Origin: an uncultured Spirochaetota bacterium
Lineage (GTDB): Bacteria; Spirochaetota; Spirochaetia; SZUA-6; Fen-1364
NCBI GenBank assembly: GCA_963781885.1
Contig: CAWAHW010000007.1
Location: 352,001-416,000, forward strand
Direction: 5' to 3'
DNA length: 64,000 nt
The position numbers were made by a program, and so were the translations under genes. Within the stretch, counting starts at the first letter, position 1; each line of letters opens with the position of its first letter. This document shows positions 19,203 to 28,188 of this stretch, in pieces. The notes beneath the pieces are model-generated. The model saw only the letters and a list, made by a program, of their open reading frames with translations, ran no database searches and was not told the origin of the DNA.

Positions 19203-20402
19203 ATGCCATCAGTGGAGATACGCCCCGGCATCTTCTGGATCGGGCTGAACGACAGGACCACGGACCTGTTTGAGGGGATCTGGCCCGTGGCGGATGGGGG
19301 GGTGACCTACAACTCCTACGTCATCCGGGACCAGAAAAATGTCATCATCGACCTCACGAAGGCTTTCAAGGGCGACGAGTACTTCGAGCGGCTGGACGCC
19401 ATCGTTCCCCTGGCGGATATCGATTACATCGTCATCAACCACATGGAGCCCGACCACACCGGCGCCATCCGCGCCCTGTCGCGCATCCCGCGAAAGTGCA
19501 CGCTGCTGGCAACCGAAAAGGCGCGTGAGATGCTCGCCGCCTTCTACGGCATCACGGAGAACGTGCGCGCGGTCGCCGACGGCGAAGTGCTGGACCTGGG
19601 CGCGCGGAAGCTGCAATTCGTCCACGCCCCGTTCGTCCACTGGCCCGAGACGATGGTCACGTACGACGTCACGGACCGCATCCTCTTTTCCTGCGACGCG
19701 TTCGGCGGCTACGGCGCTCTCCCCGGCACGATATTCGACGACCAGTGCACCGACCTCATCTACTACGAGCGGGAGGCTTTGCGGTACTACGTCAACATCG
19801 TCGCGAAGTTCAGCACACCGACGCTGGCGGCAATCGACAAGCTCGCCGGTGTGCCCATCGATGTCATCGCCCCGTCCCACGGCCTTGTCTGGCGCCGGGA
19901 CCCCCGCCGGATCGTCGAGTTGTACAGCCGGTGGGCAGGCCTTGCCAAGGGAGGCGGGGAGATCGGCGTCACGCTGCTCTACGGCTCGATGTACGGGAAC
20001 ACTGAAAAGATGATGAACGCCGTCGCCCAGGGCATATCGCGCGCCGGCGTCCCGGTTGAGATATTCGACGCGGCGCGCACGCACACAAGCTACATCCTGC
20101 CGTCGCTGTGGACGTATCGCGGCGTCATGGTCGGCGCGCCGACCTATGAGGGAACGCTCTTCCCGCCGGTTGCGCAGGCCATCGACATGGCGGCGCTGAA
20201 GCGGATCGTGAACAAGAAGACGGCGATATTCGGCAGCTACGGGTGGAGCAAGGGCGGCATCGCGGCATTCCAGAAGATGGTGGAGCCCCTGAAGTGGCAG
20301 GTGACCGACATGCTGGAGTTCCGCGGCAGTCCCACGGCGGACACGTTGAAAAAGGGTGAGGAGCTGGGCGAGCGATTCGCCGCGGCGGTCAAGACGCCAT
20401 AG
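19203..20402 (+). CDS. fprA: Flavodiiron protein (FprA, O2/NO reductase)
   Basis: HMEPDH, HWPE, SCDAFG, PSHG, YGSMYGNT, FGSYGWS. Confidence 0.93.
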   Translation: MPSVEIRPGIFWIGLNDRTTDLFEGIWPVADGGVTYNSYVIRDQKNVIIDLTKAFKGDEYFERLDAIVPLADIDYIVINHMEPDHTGAIRALSRIPRKCTLLATEKAREMLAAFYGITENVRAVADGEVLDLGARKLQFVHAPFVHWPETMVTYDVTDRILFSCDAFGGYGALPGTIFDDQCTDLIYYEREALRYYVNIVAKFSTPTLAAIDKLAGVPIDVIAPSHGLVWRRDPRRIVELYSRWAGLAKGGGEIGVTLLYGSMYGNTEKMMNAVAQGISRAGVPVEIFDAARTHTSYILPSLWTYRGVMVGAPTYEGTLFPPVAQAIDMAALKRIVNKKTAIFGSYGWSKGGIAAFQKMVEPLKWQVTDMLEFRGSPTADTLKKGEELGERFAAAVKTP

Positions 20403-20466
20403 CCACGGAAGGCGAGGGCGAGCGAGTGCAAGGACGCACGGGAGCGAGCCCGTAGCCATGGAAGGC
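20400..20466 (-). repeat. Dispersed intergenic palindromic repeat, copy B
   Basis: Reverse complement GCCTTCCATGGCTACGGGCTCGCTCCCG-TGCGTCCTTGCA-CTCGCTCGCCCTC-GCCTTCCGTGGCTA aligns to copy A. Confidence 0.65.
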
Positions 20467-20544
20467 ACCGCGCGGGCGACGCGCTGCCGATGTGCGAATT
20501 ATAGTCAGAAGCTGATTACGTGCCCCATTGCCGGGTGCCGGCCC

Positions 20545-21261
20545 TCAGTGACCGCCTGAGGCAGGCTTCTTCCTGTCGGCAAGTTTCTCCAGCCACGCCT
20601 GGATCCGCGGTCGCAGGAGAACGCCCGTGACGAAAAGGGCCAGCGCGGCGGCGGTGACAATGGCCAGCAGCACCCACCTGCTTGACGCCGCCGCGCTTCC
20701 GATGACGGAGCTGCCGATGATGCCGGGCAACCTTCCCAGCATCGACGCGCCGGCGAAGAACGGGAAGGCAAGCGGTGATATGCCCGCCACGTAGCAGAGG
20801 ATGTCCTTCGGGACGCCAGGAATGAGAAAGAGCAGGAAGAAGACGATCTTCGAGCTGCGCGACAGGAGCAGCCTTTCCACCTTTTCCAACTGGTCGCCGC
20901 GAACCACGGCAGCGACGAATGGCTTTCCAAGAATGCGCGCCAGGAAGAATGCCGCGGAAGAGCCGACGAAGATGCCAATGACCGACAGCAGCGTGCCCTG
21001 CCACGCCCCGAAGAGGTAGCCGCCGGCGATCTGCGCCACTTCCCCGGGGATGGCGAAGACAATGACCTGGACGGCCTGGATGGCGATGAATACCACCGGC
21101 GCCCAGGCTCCCCACCCGGCGATCCATGCGCGCAGATTCCTGACCGATGCGAAAACCTGCCAGATCTCGCGGCGCCAGATGACAGCCGGGACGATCAGCG
21201 CGGCGACGAGCAGGGGGAATCCAATCAGTGCGAGCGTCCTGCGGCGTTTTGTCGCGGCCAT
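20545..21261 (-). CDS. TVP38/TMEM64 (DedA/VTT) family membrane protein
   Basis: QVIVFAIPGEV..IAGGYLFG, LFLIPGVPKDILCY. Confidence 0.9.
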   Translation of the reverse strand: MAATKRRRTLALIGFPLLVAALIVPAVIWRREIWQVFASVRNLRAWIAGWGAWAPVVFIAIQAVQVIVFAIPGEVAQIAGGYLFGAWQGTLLSVIGIFVGSSAAFFLARILGKPFVAAVVRGDQLEKVERLLLSRSSKIVFFLLFLIPGVPKDILCYVAGISPLAFPFFAGASMLGRLPGIIGSSVIGSAAASSRWVLLAIVTAAALALFVTGVLLRPRIQAWLEKLADRKKPASGGH

Positions 21262-21290
21262 CGCGTGGCAGTATAGCGCGGCGGGAGCAG

Positions 21291-21338
21291 TCACGCCACG
21301 GGAGTCTAGGGCCTCCTCCCGGCCATCCATGGCGTGAA
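21291..21338 (+). repeat. Dispersed intergenic palindromic repeat, copy C (short)
   Basis: GCCTCCTCCCGGCCATCCATGGC shares 14 identical bases with copy A; enclosed by TCACGCCA/TGGCGTGA inverted repeat. Confidence 0.6.
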
Positions 21339-21365
21339 GAGCCGGGGCCTGTCGGCCCCGGTGGT

Positions 21366-21394
21366 TTGACCCATCCCTGTTTCTGCGCTACAAT
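21366..21394 (+). promoter_or_regulatory. Sigma70 promoter, probably leaderless carD
   Basis: TTGACC-17-TACAAT, 7 nt before ATG 21402. Confidence 0.7.
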
Positions 21395-21401
21395 GAAAGC
21401 C

Positions 21402-21928
21402 ATGAAATCCCCGCGCAAGACCGCGAAGCACGTCACGACAAAATACAAGGTGGCACAAGAAATCGTCTATCCTCTCCAGGGCGTCGGGCACATCCGTGCC
21501 ATCGAGGAAAAGCCCTTCCGCGACAAGAAGCTTCTCTATTACATCATCTACCTGGAAGTCTCCGACATGACGATCATGGTCCCCGTGGACAAGGCGGACG
21601 AGCTGGGCATCCGCGCGATCGTCGGCAAGAAGGAATCGCAGAAGGCGCTGCGCCTGATCGCTGAAGAGTTCGAGCCCATCCCCGCCGACTGGAAGCTCCG
21701 CTACCAGATGAATCTCGACCTGTTGAAGAAGGGCAGCATCCTGGACATCGCCAATGTCGTGCGCGCCCTCTACCACCGCAGCAGGATCAAAGAGCTTCCC
21801 ATCCTCGAGCGCAAGCTCTACGACAGCGCCCTGAAGCTCCTCATCGACGAGATCTCCTTTCTCTAGAGAAGAGCAAGGACGACGTCGAGGAGCTCGTGTT
21901 CTCCAAGCTGAAGATAAATGCAAAGTGA
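21402..21928 (+). CDS. carD: CarD family transcriptional regulator; frameshift near 21858 truncates the called ORF at 21866
   Basis: IVYPLQGVG, IMVPV..ADELGIR, DWKLRY, ERKLYDSA; adding one base at 21858-21860 gives SLEKSKDDVEELV... ending in a TGA that overlaps the nth GTG. Confidence 0.88.
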
Positions 21929-22602
21929 CAAGGCGCGCCGCGATTCCCTGGGCCGGGACATTCTCGGCCATGGAACGAAGGCTCGCTGAGAGCGCCGGCG
22001 GCCGCTCCCTTCCCTCCGTCTCCGAGGTCGCGCGGAACAACCACGATCCCTGGCGCGTCCTCGTCTCGACGATGATTTCCCTGCGCACCAAGGATGACGT
22101 CACGCTCCGCGCGGCACGGGCCCTCCTGCGCCGCGCCCCCACGCCGCGGGCGCTCGCAGCGCTGCCCGAAGCGACGATCGCGTCGACCATCTACCCCGCG
22201 GGCTTCTATCGTACAAAGGCGAAAAACCTTCGCGCGGCCGCCCGGCTTCTCCTCGACGCCCACGCCGGCAAGGTGCCTTCTGAGATGGGGGAGCTCCTTG
22301 CCCTGCCCGGCGTGGGCAGGAAGACGGCGAATCTCGTGCGCAACCTGGGTTTCGGTCTGCCGGGGATCTGCGTCGACACCCACGTCCACCGGATCTCCAA
22401 CCGCCTGGGCTGGGTCTCCACCCGGACGCCCGAGCAGACGGAAATGGCGCTGAGGGAGATCCTTCCGCGCCGGTACTGGATCGGCATCAACGAGCTTTTC
22501 GTGCGCTATGGGCAGGAGGTGTGCGCGCCGCTGTCGCCCCGGTGCAGCACGTGCCCCGTGGTGAAGCGCTGCGCGCGCGTCGGGGTCAGGAGGTCGCGAT
22601 GA
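21925..22602 (+). CDS. nth: Endonuclease III
   Basis: LPGVGRKTAN, VDTHVHRISNRLG, C-x6-C-x2-C-x5-C Fe-S motif. Confidence 0.95.
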   Translation: MTRRAAIPWAGTFSAMERRLAESAGGRSLPSVSEVARNNHDPWRVLVSTMISLRTKDDVTLRAARALLRRAPTPRALAALPEATIASTIYPAGFYRTKAKNLRAAARLLLDAHAGKVPSEMGELLALPGVGRKTANLVRNLGFGLPGICVDTHVHRISNRLGWVSTRTPEQTEMALREILPRRYWIGINELFVRYGQEVCAPLSPRCSTCPVVKRCARVGVRRSR

Positions 22603-22973
22603 AGGTCACGGCGGGCATACTGGAAGAGAACGGACGGGTCCTGATCGCACGGCGACGGCCGGGGAAGCACATGGCGGGCAAATGGGAGTTTCCCGGCGGC
22701 AAGATCGAGCCGGGGGAGTCGCCGGAGGAGTCGCTTGCCCGCGAGCTGGCGGAAGAGCTCGACGTGCGCGCACGCGTCGGGAGCTTCCTCTGCCGCGCCT
22801 TTTTCGACGGCGAAGGGGTGAGTCTCGAGCTTCTGGTCTATCGCGTGGACGGTTTCGACGGCGAGCCCGTGCTGCGCGAGCACGAGGAGATACGCTGGGT
22901 GCTGCCGGGGGAGCTGCGGAGCTACGATCTTGCCGATTCGGATCGGCGGGTCGTCGAAGAGCTGTACGGGTGA
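22599..22973 (+). CDS. MutT-like NUDIX (d)NTP pyrophosphohydrolase
   Basis: WEFPGGKIEPGESPEESLARELAEEL Nudix box; ATGA overlap with nth. Confidence 0.92.
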   Translation: MKVTAGILEENGRVLIARRRPGKHMAGKWEFPGGKIEPGESPEESLARELAEELDVRARVGSFLCRAFFDGEGVSLELLVYRVDGFDGEPVLREHEEIRWVLPGELRSYDLADSDRRVVEELYG

Positions 22974-23006
22974 GATCGGGGAGGCGGGAAGCCTCCCCGA
23001 AGAATC

Positions 23007-23363
23007 TTACTTCTTAACCTTCGCCTTCAGCGCCGCTTCCTTGAAAGTCTTGCTGAACGTGAATCGCGGCACCTTGGTGGCCGGCTTCGCGGGGATGGTG
23101 ATCTCCTGCCCGGTGAGCGGGTTGCGTCCCGGGTGCGCCGCGCGCGCGGGCCGCAGCCTGATGAACATCTTGCCGATCTTGCCCAGGGCCACGCGCTCGC
23201 CGCGCATGACGCCGGTCCCGACGATCTCATAGAGATCCTCGAGGACCTGCTTGATGTCCTTGCGCGACACGCCGTTCTTCTCCGCCAGGTAGCCGATGAT
23301 CGATGTACCGGTAAGCTTCTCCGGTGCCTTGACCGCAGTCTTTTTCGCTGGTGTCGTTGCCAC
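23007..23363 (-). CDS. HU family DNA-binding protein
   Basis: GRNPLTGQEITIPAKPA..VPRFTFSK; GTG start with GGGAGG RBS. Confidence 0.9.
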   Translation of the reverse strand: MATTPAKKTAVKAPEKLTGTSIIGYLAEKNGVSRKDIKQVLEDLYEIVGTGVMRGERVALGKIGKMFIRLRPARAAHPGRNPLTGQEITIPAKPATKVPRFTFSKTFKEAALKAKVKK

Positions 23364-23510
23364 TTCTCTTCCCCTCCCATCGGAGTACTCTCGTGCGACC
23401 CACGGCCGCATTGATCCCGCAAGGATATAGCGGCGGCGCATAATTGTAAATAGGGGCACCGGGTTGACACTCACCCCAACCTGCCGATACATTAAATGGG
23501 CTAGAATGAA

Positions 23511-24023
23511 ATGAGCATACATCACTGTTTTGAACGCGGCTCGGTGGTGGCCGATCTTCACGGCACCGACAAGTACGAAGCCCTCCGGCAGTTGATCCAC
23601 CAGGCGCCCGTCTTCAAGGAAATCAGCTCCATCGATTCGTTCGAAAAGGCCGTGGTCGAACGGGAGAAGCTGCAGAGCACCGGCCTCGGCCATGAGGTCG
23701 CCGTCGCGCACGGGCGCGCGTCGGGCGTGAAACGCGTGCTGATCGCACTCGGGGTGTCGCGGGAGGGCATCGCCTACGAATCCCCCGACGGCATGCCCGT
23801 GCGGCTTCTCTTCCTGATTGCCTCGCCGCCGCACGTCTCCCTGGATTACCTCCAGGCGCTCTCGACGCTCGTGCGATGCCTGCGCCATTCGCAGGTGAGA
23901 AACGACCTTCTGGCCGGCAACGACCCGGCGGAAATCGAGTCGCGTCTCCGCGCCGCTTTTGTCTCCGGTCTCTCGCCGGCAGATCCCCTTGCAGGGCGCG
24001 AGCCCTGCTCCGCGACCGGCTAG
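23511..24023 (+). CDS. PTS IIA domain protein (Fru/Ntr type)
   Basis: EREKLQSTGLGHEVAVAHG, SPDGMPVRLLFLIASP. Confidence 0.9.
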   Translation: MSIHHCFERGSVVADLHGTDKYEALRQLIHQAPVFKEISSIDSFEKAVVEREKLQSTGLGHEVAVAHGRASGVKRVLIALGVSREGIAYESPDGMPVRLLFLIASPPHVSLDYLQALSTLVRCLRHSQVRNDLLAGNDPAEIESRLRAAFVSGLSPADPLAGREPCSATG

Positions 24024-24030
24024 TCCCGCC

Positions 24031-24792
24031 ATGCTGCTCGTCCCGGCGATCGATCTTCGCGCGGGCCGCTGCGTCCGTCTCCTCCAGGGAAGCTTCAGCG
24101 AGACAACCCGCTACTCCGCGGATCCCGTCGCCACGGCGCAGGGCTTCGAGCAGTGCGGCGCGCGGTGGATACACGTCGTCGACCTGGACGCCGCGGAAGG
24201 AAAGGGCGCGGACAACCTGCGCGTCATCGCGCGCATCCGCGGCGCCGTGCGGTGCGCCGTGCAGACCGGCGGCGGCGTCCGCTCGGCGGAGCAGGCGGCG
24301 AGGCTCATCGGGCTTGGCATCAACCGTGTCGTCGTGGGAACGACGCTCATCCGCTCGCCCGCGCTCGTCGCGGAGTGGACCGCGGCGCTGGGGCCGCGCT
24401 TCGCGGCGGGAGTGGACGCGCGCGACGGCCGCGTGCGCGTCGCCGGGTGGACGGAGGACGCCGACCGCGGCGACACGGACGTGGCGGCAGGCCTGGCCCC
24501 GCTGGGAATCAGGTGGCTCATCTACACGAACATCAGCAGGGACGGCACGCTGTCAGGTCCGGATACCGCGCGGACGGCTGCCGCGGCGCGGGCGGCGGGC
24601 CTGCCGACGATACTCTCCGGCGGCATCGGGTCCGAGGCGCACGTCGACGAGGTGGCGGAGCGGCGGGATCCCCTTGTCGTCGGGGTCATCCTGGGTCGGG
24701 CGCTCTACGAGTCGCGCATCGACCTGGCAAGGCTCTGCAGCCGTTATCCGCAGGCGGGGCTCACCGCGTGGGACTCCCCAGCATCGACATGA
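24031..24792 (+). CDS. hisA: ProFAR isomerase
   Basis: PAIDLRAGRCVRLLQG, HVVDLD, GGGVRS, TNISRDGTLSG, SGGI. Confidence 0.95.
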   Translation: MLLVPAIDLRAGRCVRLLQGSFSETTRYSADPVATAQGFEQCGARWIHVVDLDAAEGKGADNLRVIARIRGAVRCAVQTGGGVRSAEQAARLIGLGINRVVVGTTLIRSPALVAEWTAALGPRFAAGVDARDGRVRVAGWTEDADRGDTDVAAGLAPLGIRWLIYTNISRDGTLSGPDTARTAAAARAAGLPTILSGGIGSEAHVDEVAERRDPLVVGVILGRALYESRIDLARLCSRYPQAGLTAWDSPAST

Positions 24793-25276
24793 TCTTCTCC
24801 GCGATCTGCAGCGGCGTTTTTCCATCGGTCTCGATCGGCACTCCCAGCTCTTCGTAGATCGCCTGCCTCCCCTGATAAAGGGCGCGGACGGCTTCCTCAC
24901 CACGCGAGAGGAGGGGCCGTTCCGTCTTGCTGCCTGCCCTTTGCAGAGCATTCGCCAGCGAAACCCTCAGGTGGAAGACGATGGTCCCGTCACCGGCAAA
25001 GAAGCCACGGATCGATGGCAGCGTCGGCGCACCCCCTCCCGTGGCCACGACGACCCCCGCGCGCGGCGCAAGCTCCCCGATCACGCGCGTTTCCCATTCC
25101 CGGAATGCCGCTTCACCGCTGGTGCGGAAAATGTCGGCAATACGCGCGCCCGCCGCCGCCTCGACCATCGCATCCGTGTCCACGAGCTCCCACCCGAGAC
25201 GTTCCGCGACAATCCGTCCCACCGTGCTCTTTCCCGACCCCATGAAGCCGATGAGAACGATCTTCTTCGCCTTCAC
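24761..25276 (-). CDS. aroK: Shikimate kinase
   Basis: IGFMGSGKSTVG, GEAAFREWE, ATGGG, RPLL. Confidence 0.95.
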   Translation of the reverse strand: MKAKKIVLIGFMGSGKSTVGRIVAERLGWELVDTDAMVEAAAGARIADIFRTSGEAAFREWETRVIGELAPRAGVVVATGGGAPTLPSIRGFFAGDGTIVFHLRVSLANALQRAGSKTERPLLSRGEEAVRALYQGRQAIYEELGVPIETDGKTPLQIAEKIMSMLGSPTR

Positions 25277-26112
25277 GCGCCGCCTTTACCACAGAGCCTG
25301 TCGATCACGGCGGAAAGCTCCGGCACGCCCCGCGCGTAGCGGATGATGGCCTCCAGGTAGCCCGCCGGCTCTCCCGTGTCCAGGCGCTCGCCCTGCATGC
25401 GATGGAAGACGACCCTTCCCTTGCGGGCCAGGGCGAGCACCGCAGGGAGGTGATAGAACTCGCCGGCGCCGTGGCGGCCCCATTCCTCCTCGAGCTGGTC
25501 GAGGAAGTCCGGCGCGTAGAGGTACCGGCCGATCGACACCTCGCGGCTGGGCTCCGTGCCCGGGCCGGGCTTCTCCACCATGTCCGTGACGTGCCTCCCG
25601 TCCTTTGCGATGGCGATCACCCCGTAGCGGCTCAGATTCGGAGGGTCGTGCTCGGTGGCAAGCACGGTGCAACCCGACTCCTCGTATGCCTGGACGAGCT
25701 GCCGCGCGAGCGGCGGCTCGCCGACGTGGATGTCGTCGGGGTAGGCGACGACGAATGGCTCTCGTCCGACGAAGGGTCGCGCGAGCATCAGAGCGTGGCC
25801 CGTTCCGCGCATCTCGGCCTGCCGCACGAAATGGAAGCTCGCGCGGGGCGGGGCGATCGCGCGGAGCTTCTTCTCGTCGCCGGACGCGGTGAAGACGGCC
25901 TCCAGCTCCCGTTCCCGGTCGAAATAGTCCTCCAGCGACTTCTTCCGCCGCGACGTGATGAAGAGGATCTCGGTGATGCCGGAAGCCACGAGCTCTTCCA
26001 CGATGAAATCGATGGAAGGCCGGGTGACCAGCGGCAGCATCTCCTTCGGGATCGTCTTGGTGACGGGAAGGAAGCGGGTCCCGTATCCCGCGGCAACGAT
26101 GACGCCCTTCAT
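25273..26112 (-). CDS. galU: UTP--glucose-1-phosphate uridylyltransferase family
   Basis: AAGYGTRFLPVTKTIPKEMLP, RQAEMRGTGHA, VEKP. Confidence 0.88.
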   Translation of the reverse strand: MKGVIVAAGYGTRFLPVTKTIPKEMLPLVTRPSIDFIVEELVASGITEILFITSRRKKSLEDYFDRERELEAVFTASGDEKKLRAIAPPRASFHFVRQAEMRGTGHALMLARPFVGREPFVVAYPDDIHVGEPPLARQLVQAYEESGCTVLATEHDPPNLSRYGVIAIAKDGRHVTDMVEKPGPGTEPSREVSIGRYLYAPDFLDQLEEEWGRHGAGEFYHLPAVLALARKGRVVFHRMQGERLDTGEPAGYLEAIIRYARGVPELSAVIDRLCGKGGA

Positions 26113-26200
26113 GCCGGTGAGTATAGCCGAAACGGGCTTTTGTTGACGAGCGGAAGGGATTCAGATAGTGTGAGTGATCCGCGGAAGGGCCGGGGGGAAC

Positions 26201-27421
26201 ATGAAGATCTGGATCAAGCTTTTCATCGGGTCTCTGATCGGGCTTGCTGTCGGTTTTTTCATCCCCGTCCAGGCCCAGGGCTTCTTTGATTCGCTCACGA
26301 GCGTCCTCGTGGGGATAGGCCGCTACGCCCTCTTCCCCTTCATCTTTTTTTCGCTGGGCATCGGCACCTCCGAGCTGCGCCAGGAGAAGCGCCTGGGCCG
26401 GGTCTACCTGTCGCTGTTCAAGTACCTGGCGCTCGCCGCGGCGCTCCTCATCATCATCGGCACGCTGTCCGTGCTCGTCTTCCCGCCGGAGCGCATCCCC
26501 ATCACGGTGGAGTCGGACAAGTCCTTCACCGCCGTGAGCGTGCTCGACGGCCTGCGCTCCATTTTCCCCGGTAATCTCGGCAGCATCTTCTCGTCCGGCG
26601 GCGACTTCCTGCTGCCCGTGATGGTGCTCGCCTTCCTGCTGGGTCTCAACATGGATTTCGACCGGCAGCTCACGCGCCCCGTCGTGCAGATCTTCGACTC
26701 GATGTCGCGGATCTTCTACCACCTGAACTCCCTCATCGTCGAGCTGTTCGCCATTGCGATGATCGCCATCGCGGCCGCCCGCGTGTCCCACCTGACGCAC
26801 ACCGACCTGGGGATGTACAAGCAGATCATCATCATCGTCACCGTGGACGTCGTGGTCGTCACCTTCGGGGTCTTCCCCGGCGCCCTCTACCTCCTGGGGA
26901 TGCGGGAGAACCCCTACCGCTGGCTCTATGCATCGATCGGTCCGGCCATCGCGGGTCTTTTCACCGGCGACCAGTACATCTCACTGGGCGTCCTCACGAA
27001 GCATGGCAAGGAAAGCCTCGGCGTGCCGCGCATGGTGGGCTCCGCCGTCTACCCCGCCTTCGCTGTGCTCGGCCGCGCGGGAACGGCCATGGTGTCGAGC
27101 GTCGCCTTCATCCTGATCCTGCGCTCCTACTCCAGCCTCGAGATCACGTTCCTCCAGACCCTCTGGGTGATGTTCTTCTCCTTCATCGTCTCCTTCGTCC
27201 TGGGGGCGATGCCGGGCAACGGCGCCTTTTTTTCAATCTTCATGCTCTGCAGCATCTATGCAAAGGGACTGCAGGAGGGCTACCTCATCCTGAAAAACAT
27301 CGCTCCGCTCCTGGTGAGCTTTGGCGCCTTCATCGACGTGCTCTCCTCGGCGTTCGTCTCCCTTCTTATCGCGCGGGAGGAGAACGTCTGGACCGAGGTG
27401 GAGACGGAGAGCTTTATTTAG
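26201..27421 (+). CDS. Dicarboxylate/amino acid:cation symporter (DAACS)
   Basis: Multi-TM; IFPGNL, LLPV, LGRAGTA pattern. Confidence 0.75.
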   Translation: MKIWIKLFIGSLIGLAVGFFIPVQAQGFFDSLTSVLVGIGRYALFPFIFFSLGIGTSELRQEKRLGRVYLSLFKYLALAAALLIIIGTLSVLVFPPERIPITVESDKSFTAVSVLDGLRSIFPGNLGSIFSSGGDFLLPVMVLAFLLGLNMDFDRQLTRPVVQIFDSMSRIFYHLNSLIVELFAIAMIAIAAARVSHLTHTDLGMYKQIIIIVTVDVVVVTFGVFPGALYLLGMRENPYRWLYASIGPAIAGLFTGDQYISLGVLTKHGKESLGVPRMVGSAVYPAFAVLGRAGTAMVSSVAFILILRSYSSLEITFLQTLWVMFFSFIVSFVLGAMPGNGAFFSIFMLCSIYAKGLQEGYLILKNIAPLLVSFGAFIDVLSSAFVSLLIAREENVWTEVETESFI

Positions 27422-28115
27422 AGGGGGCCGCCGGCTGGCCCAGGTGCACGGCAAAGCCGACCCCTGCGGACAGCATGAACTGGTCGAAGAAGGACTGGGA
27501 AAGCCCGTCCCAGAGGTGGAAAAGCGGGTAGAAGCCGCGCACGTTCAGCACGAGGTCCACCGGCGCGGTGAGTCTCCATCGGAAGAACAATCTCGTCTCA
27601 GGATAGAAGAACCTTCCCATGCCGTAGAAAAAGCCGGGGGCCGCGGCCTGGCCGGCCACGCTGTCCACGTTTGTGTTCGCGAGCTCGAAGGGAAACCGGA
27701 AGAGGAAGTCCAGCCCTATTGCACCACCAAGCGCGATGGCCTTGTTGAGGTCGAAGCTCAGCCCCGCCTGGGCGCTCAGAATGATGCCCACGGCGTAGAA
27801 GCTGGCGCCGAGCTCGTACGCGACAGGGATGACCGTGGCGTCGGCGCCGGTCCACTCGTAGTAGTCACCGTATATCTCGAGGCCCGGCTCGATAAAGAAG
27901 GGTCCCGCGATGCGCAGCGGGAGCGAGGCGCCGATCAGATACGTCAGGGAGGGGATGGGGCCGTCGGCGGCGTAGGCCGCGGGGGGCACGCTGCCGATCA
28001 GAAGAAAGCTCGCATTGGCATCCAGCTCGTCGACGGAGAGGGCCGGGAGGGGGAACGCGGCGGCGAGCAGCAGGAGGAAGGGGAGTGCACGGCGAATGCT
28101 CATGGCGGCCCTCAT
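27414..28115 (-). CDS. Exported hypothetical protein, possible small outer-membrane beta-barrel
   Basis: Signal peptide (LPFLLLLAAAFPLPA), alternating hydrophobic beta-strands, aromatic-rich. Confidence 0.65.
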   Translation of the reverse strand: MRAAMSIRRALPFLLLLAAAFPLPALSVDELDANASFLLIGSVPPAAYAADGPIPSLTYLIGASLPLRIAGPFFIEPGLEIYGDYYEWTGADATVIPVAYELGASFYAVGIILSAQAGLSFDLNKAIALGGAIGLDFLFRFPFELANTNVDSVAGQAAAPGFFYGMGRFFYPETRLFFRWRLTAPVDLVLNVRGFYPLFHLWDGLSQSFFDQFMLSAGVGFAVHLGQPAAPSK

Positions 28116-28188
28116 GAAAAAAAGTATAGCACGCTGGTCTGAAATCGTGGAAGGGCGGGGAACCCCATTCCCCCGGCAGACGTGACGG

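Noticed and set aside
21850-21870. Programmed frameshift in carD
   Set aside because: No convincing slippery heptamer or stimulator; other indels in the window suggest sequencing error
23464-23493. Sigma28 promoter for the PTS IIA gene (GCCGATAC)
   Set aside because: Equally or better explained by sigma70 TTGACA-18-TACATT; the -35 does not match TAAA/TCAA
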